Shown piece after piece: positions 38,566 through 53,500 of a stretch of 64,000 bases of DNA. Within the stretch, counting starts at the first letter, position 1. Every line of letters starts with the position of its first letter. The DNA lies in assembly GCF_006345805.1 (NCBI RefSeq), contig NC_042998.1:194990001-195054000 (forward strand), written 5' to 3'. Source of the DNA: Octopus sinensis (taxonomy: Eukaryota). The notes below the pieces were generated by a model, which saw nothing but the letters and a program-made list of their open reading frames with translations, did no database searches and was not told the DNA's origin. The position numbers and the translations under genes are program-made.

Positions 38566-40392
38566 ATATATTTATATATGTCATATCTGTGGCAGAATGA
38601 TATCTGTCTATCTATCTATCTAAGTTGAAAAGTATTGCTGAGAGAACATATCCTTGTGCTATTCCATTTGAAATCTATATATATAAAACTGTAGTTGTGT
38701 GAGTGTCTGTCCCTTTCGATTTAGATTCCTAACTACTCCCACATTTTGCGGTGCAGTTTAACCAAATTCGGGTATCTTATAGTCGTGATTCATATCGAGC
38801 CCGTCTGAGTATTAGCGCATGTCTATGATGAGTCTACGATTTAAAAAATAATTTAACATTATTTTTTATTCCATTTTAATGCATAATTTTTCGTGTGTCG
38901 ATGGCGGCGGAGTTGGCGTCCATGGTCACACCTGCACCTGTTTGCTTCTCCCCCTTCTTCCCTCCCTCGTGAAGCTGTGGGGAAGGGAGTGTAAGGAAAT
39001 CAACGTCGTAAAGCGTTGTCAAGGAGACCAGCGTTCTTTTAGAACAACGACTTCATGGCTTGAAGACACCAAAACAGAAATGGCTAAGAAAGCCCGAATT
39101 GGCGTCTATAAGGGAAGTAACTCTCTAAAAATGCTTATATAGTTATTTCCCCTACAAACCCGAGCAACACTGGGCAATACTGCTAGTATCTGATAAAGGT
39201 GTTTACTAAGTGTTGTGGTGTGGATGAATTATTCAAGGTTGGTATTGTGGTGTGAAGTTTTGCATAAATACTGTTATTGTTGCTGAAGTTATATGAAGTG
39301 CAAATTACACTATATAGTGTCCTGTTGTTAGTTTTGTAGTATATACTTGATATTTTACTAGCAGTATCGCCCGGTGTTGCTCGGGTTTGTAAGGGAAATA
39401 ATTATATAAGCATTTTTAGAGATGTAAAGTATAATAGCCATCTCAATATGGCTAACCACAAAGGGGGGGGGGTGTTACTGTAGCTTTTTACGTTCTGAGA
39501 TTTAATAATAAATTTTTAGAGAGTTACTTCCCTTATATATGCCAAAAATGCATTAAAAATGGGAAAAATTGATGGTAAACTTTTTTTAAATCGTAGACTC
39601 ATCGTAGACGCGCGCTAATACCCAGAAGGGCTCAATATGAATCATGACTATAAGATACCTGCTTTTGGTTAAACTGCATCGCAAAATGTGGGAGTAGTTA
39701 GGAATCTAAATCGTAGGAGACAGACAGCACACAACCTCACTTTTATATATAAAGATAATTTTACTGATTGGTTAACACTAAAGGTAAAGTCAATAGTCTG
39801 GAAAATTATGAACTTCTCATCTCAGACATTGAAATAGTTAACGAGTTTAATTGTTAATGATCTGTTATAGCTAAATTTCTCCACTGATATCTATTTACTT
39901 TTATAACATTGCTGTCATTTTCTTTCAGGGAACATTTATTACAAATATTAAAGCTGTAGATGGAGATGTGTCAGCACCACGAAGAATTCACTATGAAATT
40001 TCCAATGGTTTGTTTGCATCAACCCTTTTATGGTCTCTCGAGAATCTTTCAGTGGAATGTCACCATGAAATTCATATTTGCTTGTTCATTTAAATTCTGT
40101 TTTCCTAAGTTAGAATTGGCTAGACAGGGATTATCTGAGGTAGGATTTAATGGATGGGGGCTCTTTCTGTCACTAACCCTTACCTGTTTTTCAAGTAATG
40201 AATTTTGTTTACTCCACCAGTCTTTGAAGGTGCAGAGAAACCAAATGTAGAGTCAGTAACAAATGTGAACATTATCACTGTTTCTCTCATGTGGTGACAA
40301 GTTGTGGAATATCAACACCATTTGCACTCATGCACACACACACATCTCTTTCTCTCTCTCTCTCTTCCCCCCTCTCTCACATACACACATAT

Positions 40393-40455
<63 letters not shown>

Positions 40456-42153
40456 ATAAGCTTTCTGCAATTTCACTTTGAAAGCGTTGGTTGATTTGGG
40501 GCTATAATGGAAGACACTTCACCAAAGTGAAAACACATATCTATCTGTGAAAAGAAATGAGGTGAGAGTTGTTTGTTAGATGTGTAATGCCAATGTGCAT
40601 GAATGACATAGTACAAACGATCTGAGAGGAAAGCTGAGTCTAATTAGAATCAAATGTAATTTGCAGGAAAGAAGATTGTGTTGGAATGGGCATGTAATGG
40701 CATGTAATGCTTATGGATGAACACAGCTCAGCTGCATAAACACTCAAAAGTGAATATAGAAAAAGAAAGATCTAGAAAGACAAGGAATGAAATGTTGAAA
40801 ATTGATCTCAAGATTCCGAACCCCACAAAAGAGAAGAACAACGAATTGCAATGACTGGCAACATGCTGTGTGGGAGAAAACCTACTCTTTAAAGCAAACA
40901 AATGAGGGGAGAGCTGTTGGCTGGGATGCTCCTCAGGGTCTCTTTCACAGCCTCCCCACCCAAATGCTTTTACTGTTTTCTGCCCTCCCAACTATCTCTA
41001 TGGTACCATGAGAAGGACAGATATATATATCTTTACTACCCACAAGGGGCTAAACACAGAGGGGACAAACAAGGACAGACAAAGGGATTAAGTCGATTAT
41101 ATCGACCCCAGTGCGTAACTGATACTTAATTTATCGACCCTGAAAGGATGAAAGGCAAAATCGACCTCGGCAGAATTTGAACTCAAAACATAACGGCAGA
41201 CGAAATACAGCTTCGCATTTTGCCCGGCATGCTACCGTTTCTGCCAGCTCGCCGCCTTGGACAGATATACTTTGTTCATCATCGTTTAACGTCCGCTTTC
41301 CATGCTAGCATGGGTTGGACGATTTTGACTGAGGGCTGGTGAACCAGATGGCTGCACCAGGCCCCAATCTTGATCTGGCAGAGTCTCTACACCTGGATTG
41401 CCCTTCCTAACGCCAACCACTCCGAGAGTGTAGTGGGTGCTTTTTACGTGCCACCGGCACGTGGGCCAGTCAGGCGGTACTGGCAACGACCTTGCTCGAA
41501 TCTTTTTACACATGCCACCGGCACAAGGGCCAGTTAGGCGACGTTGGTAACGGATAGATATATTGTTATAAGAAACCCCCTACTGTTAAAGAAAAACTGT
41601 AAAAATAAGAAAATGTATCTGTGTATGACTGTGTATCTGTGTATCTGTGTATCACTGAGGAGTATACGTGAAAATGAAGCAAAATGTCCATTGGCGTTCT
41701 GTTAAGCAGAAGAAGCAGTGGGTCAAAGCCATGCTTGGCTAATAACAATGGTGATAGGTGTGATGATAATGATGATGATGATGGTGGTAGTGGTGGTGAT
41801 GATGATGATGATGATGATGGTGGTAGTGGTGGTGATGATGATGATGATGATGGTGGTAGTGGTGGTGATGATGATGATGTGTTGGCAATGGTGATGGCAG
41901 TAGTAATAAGGCTAACAGTAAAGATGATGATGATAATGATGATGATGATGATTATGATGATGATGGTGGTGGTGGTAGTGGTGATGATGATGATGATGAT
42001 GTGTTGGCAATGGTGATGGCAGTAGTAATAAGGCTAACAGTAAGATGATGATGATAATGATGATGATGATGATGATTATGATGATGATGGTGGTGGTGGT
42101 AGTGGTGATGATGATGATGATGATAATGTTGATGATGATGGTGGTAGTGGTGG

Positions 42154-42187
<34 letters not shown>

Positions 42188-45087
42188 AATAAAGATTGTA
42201 AATTTATTTATTTCTATTTAGGTTCAGATGCATATCAATACTTCAAAATTAACCCAGTGAATGGAACAATAACCAACAAGGTGCCTCTAGATCGTGAAGA
42301 TTCCAGTCTACGATTTAGCGCCATAAATATAGATTTAAAGGTAAATAATGCAAAACGAAAAACTCAGATTATTTAGTTTACATAATGCACTATCATCGTT
42401 AATTACAATTTAGAACATTCTGATTTCTCTATCACTTCAATAAGGGTTTCTTACCAACATAAAATATCACATTCCATTTTATCTAACTTTTATATTTGTT
42501 TTATGTTTTCTCACCTTTAAATTGACTTTTTTTGTTTTAGATAAAATCTTTGAGAGATTTCTATAAACATATGAAAACATCTCCAAGTTATATTATTGCT
42601 GTGTAGATATAGGCCAAACATGGTCAAGCACACCTCTGGCATGCTGGTACTGGTTATTGTTTAGCCCCAGGACAATCCTGATAAGGCCCTCCTTATCTCC
42701 TCAAAGACATACAGCATCTCGAAAGAGTCCAGAAGCTGGCTACCTGCATGGTTCATGGTCTCAAGAATTTGTCTTATGAAGAAAGGCTAAAGACGCTCGA
42801 CCTTTATTCTCTAGAAAAACGCCGCCTCCGTGGTGATCTCATTCTCGCTCACAACATCATAAGCGGAAAGTGTAACCTCTCGAAAGAGCTGTTCTTCACT
42901 CCTGCTCCTGAGCGTCGGCTGCGGGGTCATTCCGAAAAGCTCTATCTGCGACAATTTCATCTCAATCGAAGGAGAGGGGCTTTCTCCGTCCGGGTTGCGG
43001 ATCCGTGGAACAAGCTGCCAGACGAGATGGTGAAGATGCCGACGACCGCTTTGTTGAAAGTTTCTCTTGACCGGAAATGGCCTGAACTCTTTGTATGACC
43101 ATCCTCCCTGTACATAACTCCCTGTCCCCCTACATGGCCTTGCTTTTTGCTTTTTGAGCCAAAAATTAACTAACTAACTAACTAACTAACTATGTCATAT
43201 TAATATTGGTTGTTGTTTAACCTCATGTCAGTTTTAATCAAGTTGACCTTTGTTATACAGGTTGTGATTATTGGATTGAGTTGCATGATAGTATGGGAAT
43301 TGTGTAAAGCATGCAACGCTTACATAATTAATGCAACACTCTCACTACATTCTCAGTACTTGTAAAATAGTAACTATTCTCTACAGTTGAATGGTTAAGG
43401 CTAAGAAGATGGCGGTAGAGGGAACAATCCAGTTGTAAAATAAAATTGCTGTAACAACGTAAATGTATAAATTAATCAGCCCTCTTTTTCATCCCTAAAA
43501 TCCAAATATATCCCACTTACACTTGTCATTATAGTGATTATCATAGTTGCTGTGGTTATTGTTGTGGTTGTTGTTGTCATTGTCCTTTTCCTTGCAATTG
43601 CATAACCCCAGATGAATTCTTGATTGAGGAGATCTATTACCCATAGGTAATAGATCAATTGATTTTTGGTCAGCTGGGAGCTGGATATTTGTTCTGGTCA
43701 CATGTTATTTCCCCTCATAAAAACCAACCACGAAATTTAGTTTTAATGAATTCTATCTGTGGAAAAGTTCTACACTAGATTAAGTATTTCCTGGCGAATA
43801 GAACACAACTTGTTGTAGTTGATGGAGTCCACTCAAGCCCAGCAAATGCCACCAGCGGTGTTCCCCAGGGGACTGTCTTGGGTCCGCTACTCTTCATAAT
43901 TTACATAGACGACCTTTCCAGTGTCGTACATTACTGCAAAGTGAAAATATTTGCTGATGACACTAAGCTCCAGCAAATCGTCAATGAAGAAGCAGACTGA
44001 ACACAACTCCAGTCTGATCTATATGATGTGAGTCAATGGGCAGACAGACACAAAATGCAACTGAACGAGGGAAAATTTGAGCTGATGCATTTTGGAAGAA
44101 ATTCCTCACAAAAACAGCCATACTCTCTTCCTTCAGGGGAACCGCTCACAGCCTCTAACAACATCAGAGACCTGGGTGTAATTGTTGATGACGATCTCAG
44201 TTGGAGTGCACACATCAACAAGAAGGTCGATATAGCTCATAGGATGAGTTCCTGGATCTTAAGAACTTTCCGGTCCAGAGAACAAGGTGTTATCATACCA
44301 CTTTTCTCCTCCTTTGTATGGCCACACCTTGAATACTGCTGCCCACTGTGGTCTCCCCATACAAGACAAAACATCTCGATTATTGGGATCACCTTAAAGC
44401 CTTGTCGAGGCCTTCACTTTCATCGCAACCTGGTGGTTACCGCCTGTTGACAAGGGACAAAAATCCCGAAACTAGTCCGAGCATATCACTCAGGCTTGCG
44501 AGGAAGGGATGGCCTCCCTTTGCAAATACTTCAAGGGTACTGATATGGTGTCTAAAGCCAGCTAGAGACGACGATCTCTTGGGGCTATAAAGCTACAGTA
44601 ACACCACTTCCCCTATGTGGTTAGCCATGATAAGATGGCTTCTATACTTTACATTATCGAGCGATTACTGTTTCAATCTTATTCTGAGATTTAATTATAA
44701 TATATTTATATATATGTATATATATTTCTTTACTACCCACAAGGGGCTAAACACAGAGGGGACAAACAAGGACAGACAAACGGATTAAATCGATTACATC
44801 AACCCCGAAAGGATGAGAGGCAAAGTTGACCTCAGCGGAATTTGAACTCAGAACATAACGGCAGACGAAATACAGCTACGCATTTCGCCCGGCATGCTAA
44901 CATTTATGCCAGCTCGCTGCCCTCTGTATATATATATCCTACCCTGATGTAATCTCCAGGGATACAGGCATCCAGCAACAGGACCTCCATAATGCTATGA
45001 TGGACCGTGAAGTCTGGCGTAACATAGTAAATTCCATTGTCTCGACCACGGTCAAACAATGATGATGATGATATATATGTGTGTGTG

Positions 45088-45152
<65 letters not shown>

Positions 45153-45154
45153 AC

Positions 45155-45214
<60 letters not shown>

Positions 45215-45450
45215 ATGATAAATCTCAGAGCGAGTTATAAACAGTAGCGGTAACACATTGTGACGCATATTTGCCATTTGAATATGGCTAACCCATAAGG
45301 GTGGATGCTACTGTAGTTTCTAGCCCCAGGAAGATATCTCCTCCAGCTGGCTATAGACACACTATCTGTGTCCTCTCAGTATTTGTGAAGGGAAGTCATC
45401 CTTCCCGTCTTCAACTTAGGGGTTAGCCATATTCAAATGGCAAATACGCG

Positions 45451-45482
<32 letters not shown>

Positions 45483-45499
45483 GATATATATATATATAA

Positions 45500-45531
<32 letters not shown>

Positions 45532-48500
45532 ATGTATATGTATATATATATACATATAATCTGAACTGTGGAGAGTACATTGTTACACATAATTCACCAC
45601 TGTCTGTTGGGTTGTGTCATGTGTGGTCATTATATAAGCAGAGGTTCAGAATATCTGGAAGATATGCAGAGCACAGTTATTTGATCTGTAGCAGTGCTTA
45701 GCATTCGAAATGATGCCAACCCTGTAATGGATAAAGGCCACAACACACGTGATTTTTAATCCCTTCTTTCAGCCAATTGTATTTCAGGTTCAGAAGTATG
45801 ATCGCATGATTCAAATGGAAACTTCCACACAGTTTCCTACCAAAACATAGCCATAAATGGCAACACACAGAACAAGCAGCACAGAGGTTCAAGAAAGCAC
45901 AGAGGTTCAAGAAAGCACAGAGGTTCAAGAAAGCACAGAGGTTCAAGAAAGCACAGAGGTTCAAGAAAGCACAGAGGTTTTATTCAGAGTTCTTACTCAG
46001 TCATGCTACTCAACCTCGGGTTAAAAAGAATCATGTTGCCTACTATAAACACAGGAGATTCTAATCTCTTGCCACTTGCCAGCAGCACAGACATATACCA
46101 ACCTTACATCTTGCCAAACATACATAAACACATTCCTTATATACAGCAATATAACATTTGGCAAGTAATCTTTGTAATGGTCAATATGGAAATAAATAAA
46201 CTTAGACTTAGATAAACTTAGATATGTTTCGACCAAAGATTAGTCCAGGCCATGTCTAACTTAATAGCACCACCTGATAGGATTATTTGAATCCTGTTTA
46301 AGTCAAGTTTTGTTTATGATCCATTCAAGTAGTGAGTTTTTGTTGGGTGAGTTGTATCCAATTATGGGTGGCTTATCTGGTATTCCTTGAAGGAATCTAT
46401 CCAGACTCTGTTTAAAGTTGATGGGATCCTTTTCCTCTTTGATCTCCCTCGGGACAATGTTAGGGCAGGGCCTGTTGAGGAAAAGAAATTATGTTGCAGT
46501 GTACATGTATGTTGTGATCTTAAATTGGGCAGGGGATGTATGGCCCGTGGTCCCAGTCTTGGATGAACCTTGAAGCTAATGTTCAGGTCGTTTGGGCAGA
46601 GTTGAAGGTATATTCTCCACATCGTACAAATGATGTACCGCTTACGGCGACGCTGGAGAGAGTAGAGTTTCAAGGCTTGCGAGGAAGGGATGGCCTCTCT
46701 TTGCAAATACTTCAAGGGTACTGATATGCTGTGCTCCATATTACTAGAATGTGGAGGCGCAATGGCCCAGTGGTTAGGGCAGCGGACTCGCGGTCATAGG
46801 ATCGCGGTTTCGATCCCCAGACCGGGCGTTGTGAGTGTTTATTGAGCGAAAACACCTAAAAGCTCCACGAGGCTCCGGCAGGGGATGGTGGTGATCCCTG
46901 CTGTACTCTTTCACCACAACTTTCTCTCACTCTTACTTCCTGTTTCTGTTGTACCTGTATTTCAAAGGGCCGGCCTTGTCACTCTCTGTATCATGCTGAA
47001 TATCCCCGAGAACTACGTTAAGGGTGCACGTGTCTGTGGAGTGCTCAGCCACTTACACGTTAATTTCACGAGCAGGCTGTTCTGTTGATTCGGATCAACT
47101 GGAACCCTCATCGTCGTAACCGACGGAGTGCTTCCATTTAGTGTGATGATGCTAATGAAAACTAGCTATTTCCAGCTGATCCAGGCATCACACTAAGACT
47201 CTCTTCTTGACTACTCTATAGCTGTAGATTTTAGTGGTGGACTCAGTGAGGTTGGGTGGCCATGGTGCTTAGAGCTCAGTTGAAAGCCAGTTGACCTCAA
47301 GCTACACAACAACTAGTTTTTTTGTATGCAATTGTCTGGTTTATGTGCAAAGTGTGGCTGTGTGGTAAGTAGCTTGCTAACCCACCACATGGTTCCGGGT
47401 TCAGTCCCACTGCGTGGCATCTTGGGCAAGTGTCTTCTACTATAGCCCCGGGCTGACCAATGCCTTGTGAGTGGATTTGGTAGATGGAAACTGAAAGAAG
47501 CCTGTCGTATATATGTATATATATATATGTATGTGTGTGTGTTTGTGTGTCTGTGTTTGTCCCCCTAGCATTGCTTGACAACCGATGCTGGTGTGTTTAT
47601 GTCCCCGTTACTTAGCGGTTTGGCAAAAGAGACCGATAGAATAAGTACTGGGCTTACAAAGAATAAGTCCTGGGGTCGATTTGCTCGACTAAAGGCGGTG
47701 CTCCATCATGGCCACAGTCAAATGACTGAAACAAGTAAGAGAGTAAAAAGAGTATAACAGTTTGTCACCGTTAATTCGATTTGTTCGAAGCATGGTAGAG
47801 AACGGGGAACTTGGACTTTGGTAAAACAAGGTGCCAAAGCTAAACTGTATGAGTCTCTATTTTACGAATGACCACGTATTATAAAAGAACAATTCCAGAA
47901 ATCCTACAGACGTCCTTCACTTGATAAAAGTTTAACCCAACAACTATTAAAGTCGGAAGTACGAGCTATGCTTCGATGTCGCATCAATGGAATTCCTGCC
48001 CCAGTTGTGTTCTTCACTAACTTAGAGAATGGCTGTATATTTCCTTGATGTGTTTGTGGGTAAGGACAAAGAAGGTATTCACAAATGATATGACGTACTC
48101 AATACTTTAGGAAGTAGTGAACAAACTGATATATTTAACTCTTCTTCTTAAGGTATTGAGTACTTTATTTAGTTTGTGAATGTCCTTGTCCTATGAATAA
48201 GAACATTTTAAAATATGCTCCTTTTTATTCAGCCCTTTACTACTACAATGTAGAAGCAACAAATCAATTTATCAACTGAAAACTTTGCTAAACAGATTTA
48301 TAAACTTAAACCTATAGACTTATGTTTAAATGAATTAAAATAATGTCTTTCATGGTCTGTTTCAGGTACGCGAGGTAATTAGTGAGAGCCCACTGGTACT
48401 AGGTGATTCAGCATCTACAACAGCAACGACTACCATTCAGGTCACTCTTTTGGATATCAACGACAATAGACCAGTGTTTAGTTCAAACTACACAGCCAGA

Positions 48501-50497
48501 ATACCAGAGGACATATTGGACAACACAGACGTTCCTCAATTATGGATGACAGTTACTGACGCAGATAGTGTGAGTCAACTTCTTTTTTATCTGCTATTGT
48601 TGGTTTTTTTTTTTTTTTTCATTTTAACCCTGTGTGTGTAAACAAAAAAATAGGGTATTGTAGTCGCTCGTCTGTCTGTTTGTCTGTGGGTTTGCAAAAT
48701 TACTAGAAAACAGCTAAACGGATTTTCACCAAATTTGGCAGAAATACCGATTGGGTGAATGGCTTGAACTCATAAGTTTTGGTTTGGTGAAGCAAAATAT
48801 TTTTTTTTCTTTGTTACATTTGCATAAACGATATAGGGGGAAATAACTCTTGATGTCAATTTTGTTGAAATATGAATCCGTCTGAAATTATTAAATTAAA
48901 TTTATTTTATCTTTGTGTGCATGCAGGATATGCATCGCTCCTCCAACGCCTTTTTACAAAAAAGAATTTATTGAATTGCTTTGGAGGAAGGGTATGTGTT
49001 CATGATCTTTGCAGGCACTACAAGAATGGTGTGGTTGATATGGTTGAGGTTTCTCATGAGTGGCTGTAAGTTGATGGGGGAAAAAATGGGCACGGAGGAT
49101 TTTCAAGGAGTGACATTCAGTAGAGGAAGGACTAAAAGAAATGGTTAGTGCAGGGCAAACCAAGGTATACATACAGTATGGATGACGAGGGAAGAGCTGA
49201 ATGAGTAGAATGGACCAGAGTGAAGATGATTCGAGACAACCAATCTCTGAGAAACAGAACCCACTGAAATAATGGTGGAATAGTCAAAGTGAAGAGACAG
49301 CATTTCTACGGACCACAGGTTAGAGAGTGTTCATGAGTAACTTCATTGCAACCAGTGGAGTGGCCTTTCATTGAATACAGATAAGGTGTCTCTATGTGCA
49401 GTAGCAGTACCTTATCAGATGTGGGAGCACTACACTACTGTACAAGGTGGTAACAAAACGTTCCAAGACCAGTTATGCTTAATAAAAAATAACTTATTTA
49501 TTTACCTAAGTTTTAATATCATCTCCTTTAGAACAGTCATTTTGTCCAGCAAAATACCAGTCCCAGCATTCCTGCCACTTTTGAATCCGGCCTGGAAGTT
49601 GTTTTCCATAAGTGATTCCACTCTGGCCAAACATTGTGACCATGTTGAAATTCTGACGTTTGAGCAGCATTTTCATTTTGGAGAAGAGATGGATGTCTGC
49701 AAGTGCTAAATCTGGTGAACAGGGTGGGTGCAAAAACGATATCATGTTGTCTTTAGTGAGAAACTCATGAGTGAGGAGAGCTTGGTGAAGAATCCAATTC
49801 TTTGCATTCCGCAAATCTGATCTCTTTCACCAAATGTCCTCTCTCAAATGCTTCAAAATGTCGCAGTAAAACTCTTGATTGATGGTCTGGTCCTGGGGCA
49901 GGGGTTGAATTCTCGATGCACAATATCACATTTTTGGGGTCAAAGCTCATGGCAGGTCTTCCAGGAACGTTCTTCCACTTTTGAAGCACCCATTCCACTC
50001 AAAACATTGTGTACGACCCATTGCATCATCACTTTAAGCTTGCTGAAACGTGCTCAATGTCTCTGTAGCAGATTTCCCAAGTTTGACACAAAATTTCACA
50101 TTCTTGTCCATGAAAGGTGAGCTTGGGAGAATTAGCAATTGTTGGAGGATGAAGTGTTTTCTGGTTGGTGTTGGTGTCAATAAAAGATTCACTCTGTTCA
50201 TGCTTTAAAGTGGTTAGCAAATGAGCAGAGAAAGCTTCAGAGTTGTGAGGTACCTTTAATTTTGTCTTACCAATGATTATTCAACTTCTCTATTGTTGAT
50301 ATTACAAGAAAATGCACACAGTCTGTAGAGTGGTTGGTGATAAGGTGGGTAACCAGTCACAGAAACCAAGTGACACACATGAAACCAGTCTATGGGAGCA
50401 GGAGCTCCCCATGAGAAGTGATGCAGACCATGGACCTCAGCTAACCTTTGCTAGTATGTAAAATGAGAATGTAAAATGACAATGATAATACCCACAA

Positions 50498-50552
<55 letters not shown>

Positions 50553-53500
50553 TTAATCATATTAACATACAATGGGCTCAGTTCTGCTCTACCAAGTTTC
50601 ATTCGCAAAACATTGGTCAACTCAAGCATAAGAATCTTGTCTGACATCCTGCAGTTGAACCTGAAACCCCATATCACATACCTGAAAATAAAACTTCTTA
50701 ACTACAGTTCCATACTTGCATCCTTATGTGTTGTATGAGCCTCTGTGTTCCTCACTCAGTTACAAAGCGAACTGTACCACGTTGATTTTTTGTATGTCGT
50801 TCATCCTTGTATCATCTCTCCATTTTTCTTGTTACCATAACTCTTTAACATTCATATTAATCTGTCAAATGTAAAGTCTGTTTAATTACATTGTTTTAAA
50901 TTAATTGTACAGCATCTTGTAACTCTGAGATTTTGATGATGTCCCTGTTTATTTTTAGAATGACTTTGTAGGGTAGGTGTGAGAGGACAGAGCTAGCTGG
51001 TTTGAGCATAAAACAGGAAGACAATTTTGGCCTGGTATGGCCAGTTTAAACACTAAAGGGTTAACATGTCATCTGTGCTTAAACATTAACAGAAATAACT
51101 CCACGTCTTTCTCTAATTACAGAGGTTGTTTGCCAACTACAGCTTTCAGGTGGAAACATTTGATGAAGTTTTTGTTACAAACCCTAAATTTGGAGAGGGT
51201 AGGTCAATTGTTGGATTAAAGGTGAAGAACGCTTCCTATATTGATTATGAAAAAGGACCGCGAGTTTATAACTTTCAGGTATGTATAAATGACTTTATCA
51301 CCTCATGTTATGAATCCACAAGCTAACTTGATATTGTGATGCTTACTAATAAAGACAACAACACATTGAAAGTGCCCTCTGTCACTAAACATATTATAGA
51401 AACACACCCTTTCTGCTACAAAAACTCACTATTAAAACATGTAGCGGTCTCTGATATCCTCACTGTTTGAGAGACACGGCAGGAATGATCTCGTTTGAGA
51501 TTACAGCCATCTTTGGCCAAGTTGTTCCTGTTGTAACCACTGACCTGATTGGTTGACATGTGGCGCGATTTGTCTCTACTTATTTCGCGCCACTGGCCAA
51601 AGCCAACCAATCACGGCCTTTGGTTAAGGTCCCTTTTCCTAGGCTCTGTTGAGCCACCTTACTTGTATATAAGGGAGTGTTCTCAATATACTTGGGTCTT
51701 TGGTTCTAGTCCTTCGTATTTCCTACAAACATTTCTAAACTTAATAAATACTAGACATCACAATCCCTGATGATGTTACATGAAAACCAAAAGTAATATT
51801 AGACACTATAAACACCAATTTGAAATAGAAAAGAGCAATTGATGAGACTGAAACCTTGCTTGTCAGAAAATTAGTGGTTCAAGCACCATTAATATGGCAG
51901 TTGCTTGCTGTTTTCCCTCAGAAATAAGCACTTAATGATATTTAATGTTAATGCCAATCATAAAAATTTGAATGGTAGAATTCTTTCTTGTTGCTAACGC
52001 TGAACCATAGAGGGACACTTTGCTGTGCTCCATATTACTAGAATGTGGAGGCGCAATGGCCCAGTGGTTAGGGCAGCGGACTCGCGGTCATAGGATCGCG
52101 GTTTCGATTCCCAGACCGGGCGTTGTGAGTGTTTATTGAGCGAAAACACCTAAAAGCTCCACGAGGCTCCGGCAGGGGATGGTGGTGATCCCTGCTGTAC
52201 TCTTTCACCACAACTTTCTCTCACTCTTACTTCCTGTTTCTGTTGTACCTGTATTTCAAGGGCCGGCCTTGTCACTCTCTGTGTCACGCTGAATATCCCC
52301 GAGAACTACGTTAAGGGTACACGTGTCTGTGGAGTGCTCAGCCACTTACACGTTAATTTCACGAGCAGGCTGTTCCGTTGATTCGGATCAACCGGAACCC
52401 TCATCGTCGTAACCGACGGAGTGCTTCCATAAAATCCATTACTAGAATAGCTTACTACTTCTAGTCTTAAGTGACTAAGGAATCATCAGATAGAGCTAAA
52501 ATATCATCTTATTCCATCTTCTTCATCCATTTATTCCTGGAATGGTTGTGGGGACAGAGTCCTCAGGTGCAAGTTCCATTGGATTGTGTCAGAAATGACC
52601 ATCTCCAATTGATCTGGATGGATCCACAAGTTAGACCAACCGAGTTCATGAATGTTATCCAACCATCTTGTTTGCAGTCAGTCTGCCCCTGGTTGTTGGT
52701 TTTGCCCGTAAAACATGTCTAGTGATTTTTTTCCTGGGACATGCTTACAACATGTCTGTAGTATCAGAGCTAAATGTTTATATCGCTTCCTAATTTTTGA
52801 AAATATAATGGCAGTTGCCCTGTTATGTAATCTGGAATATCTGACAAGCAATAAGGGGCTGATTTAAGTCATGTGAGAGTTCTTGTTTCCCTTTTGTGTA
52901 TCAAATTGGTGTTTACAGTAGCCCTGATCAGTTGCCGACTTTCCACAAGGCACAAATAGGCTTCATATTTAATCACATCTCCAGTATATGTGATGAAGCT
53001 GCTTCTACATACAAGCGTTCTATGAAACACCCCCAAATCAGTCATACGGCTGATAAAGAACATTTTTATACCTTCACTAATACACTGCCTTGGAAGTTCA
53101 ATGGCCCAGTAGTTAGGGCAGTGGACTCGCAGTCGGAGGATCGCGGTTTCGATTCCCAGACTGGGCATTGTGTGTGTTCATTGCGAAAACACCTAAAACT
53201 CCACAAGGCTCCAGCAGGGGTTGGTGTACTCTTTTGCCTCAACTTTCTCTCACTCTTTCTTCTTGTTTCTTGAGTAACGCTACGATGGACTGGCGTCCCG
53301 TCCAGCTGGGGAGAACACATATGCCACAGAAACCGGGAAACCGGGCCCATGAGCCTGGCTAGGCTTGAAAAGGGCGCATAAAAAAAAATACACTGCCTAC
53401 CTGATACAGACACTACTTAATATGCTTTTTATATAAATACATTATCTAGCTAATTACATTGCTTACCTTACTACTATCTTCCTGATACATTGCTTACCCT

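Noticed and set aside
47840-47890. CTGTATGA-GT..AC-GAAT..GTA motif
   Set aside because: Insertion in the core and poor stems; too degenerate to call.
51121-51125. Tandem AGAG acceptor at e11
   Set aside because: Using the second AG shifts the frame by 2 nt; no sign of functional alternative use.
51775-51810. CTGATGA...GAAA near the solo LTR
   Set aside because: No convincing stem I or stem III pairing.
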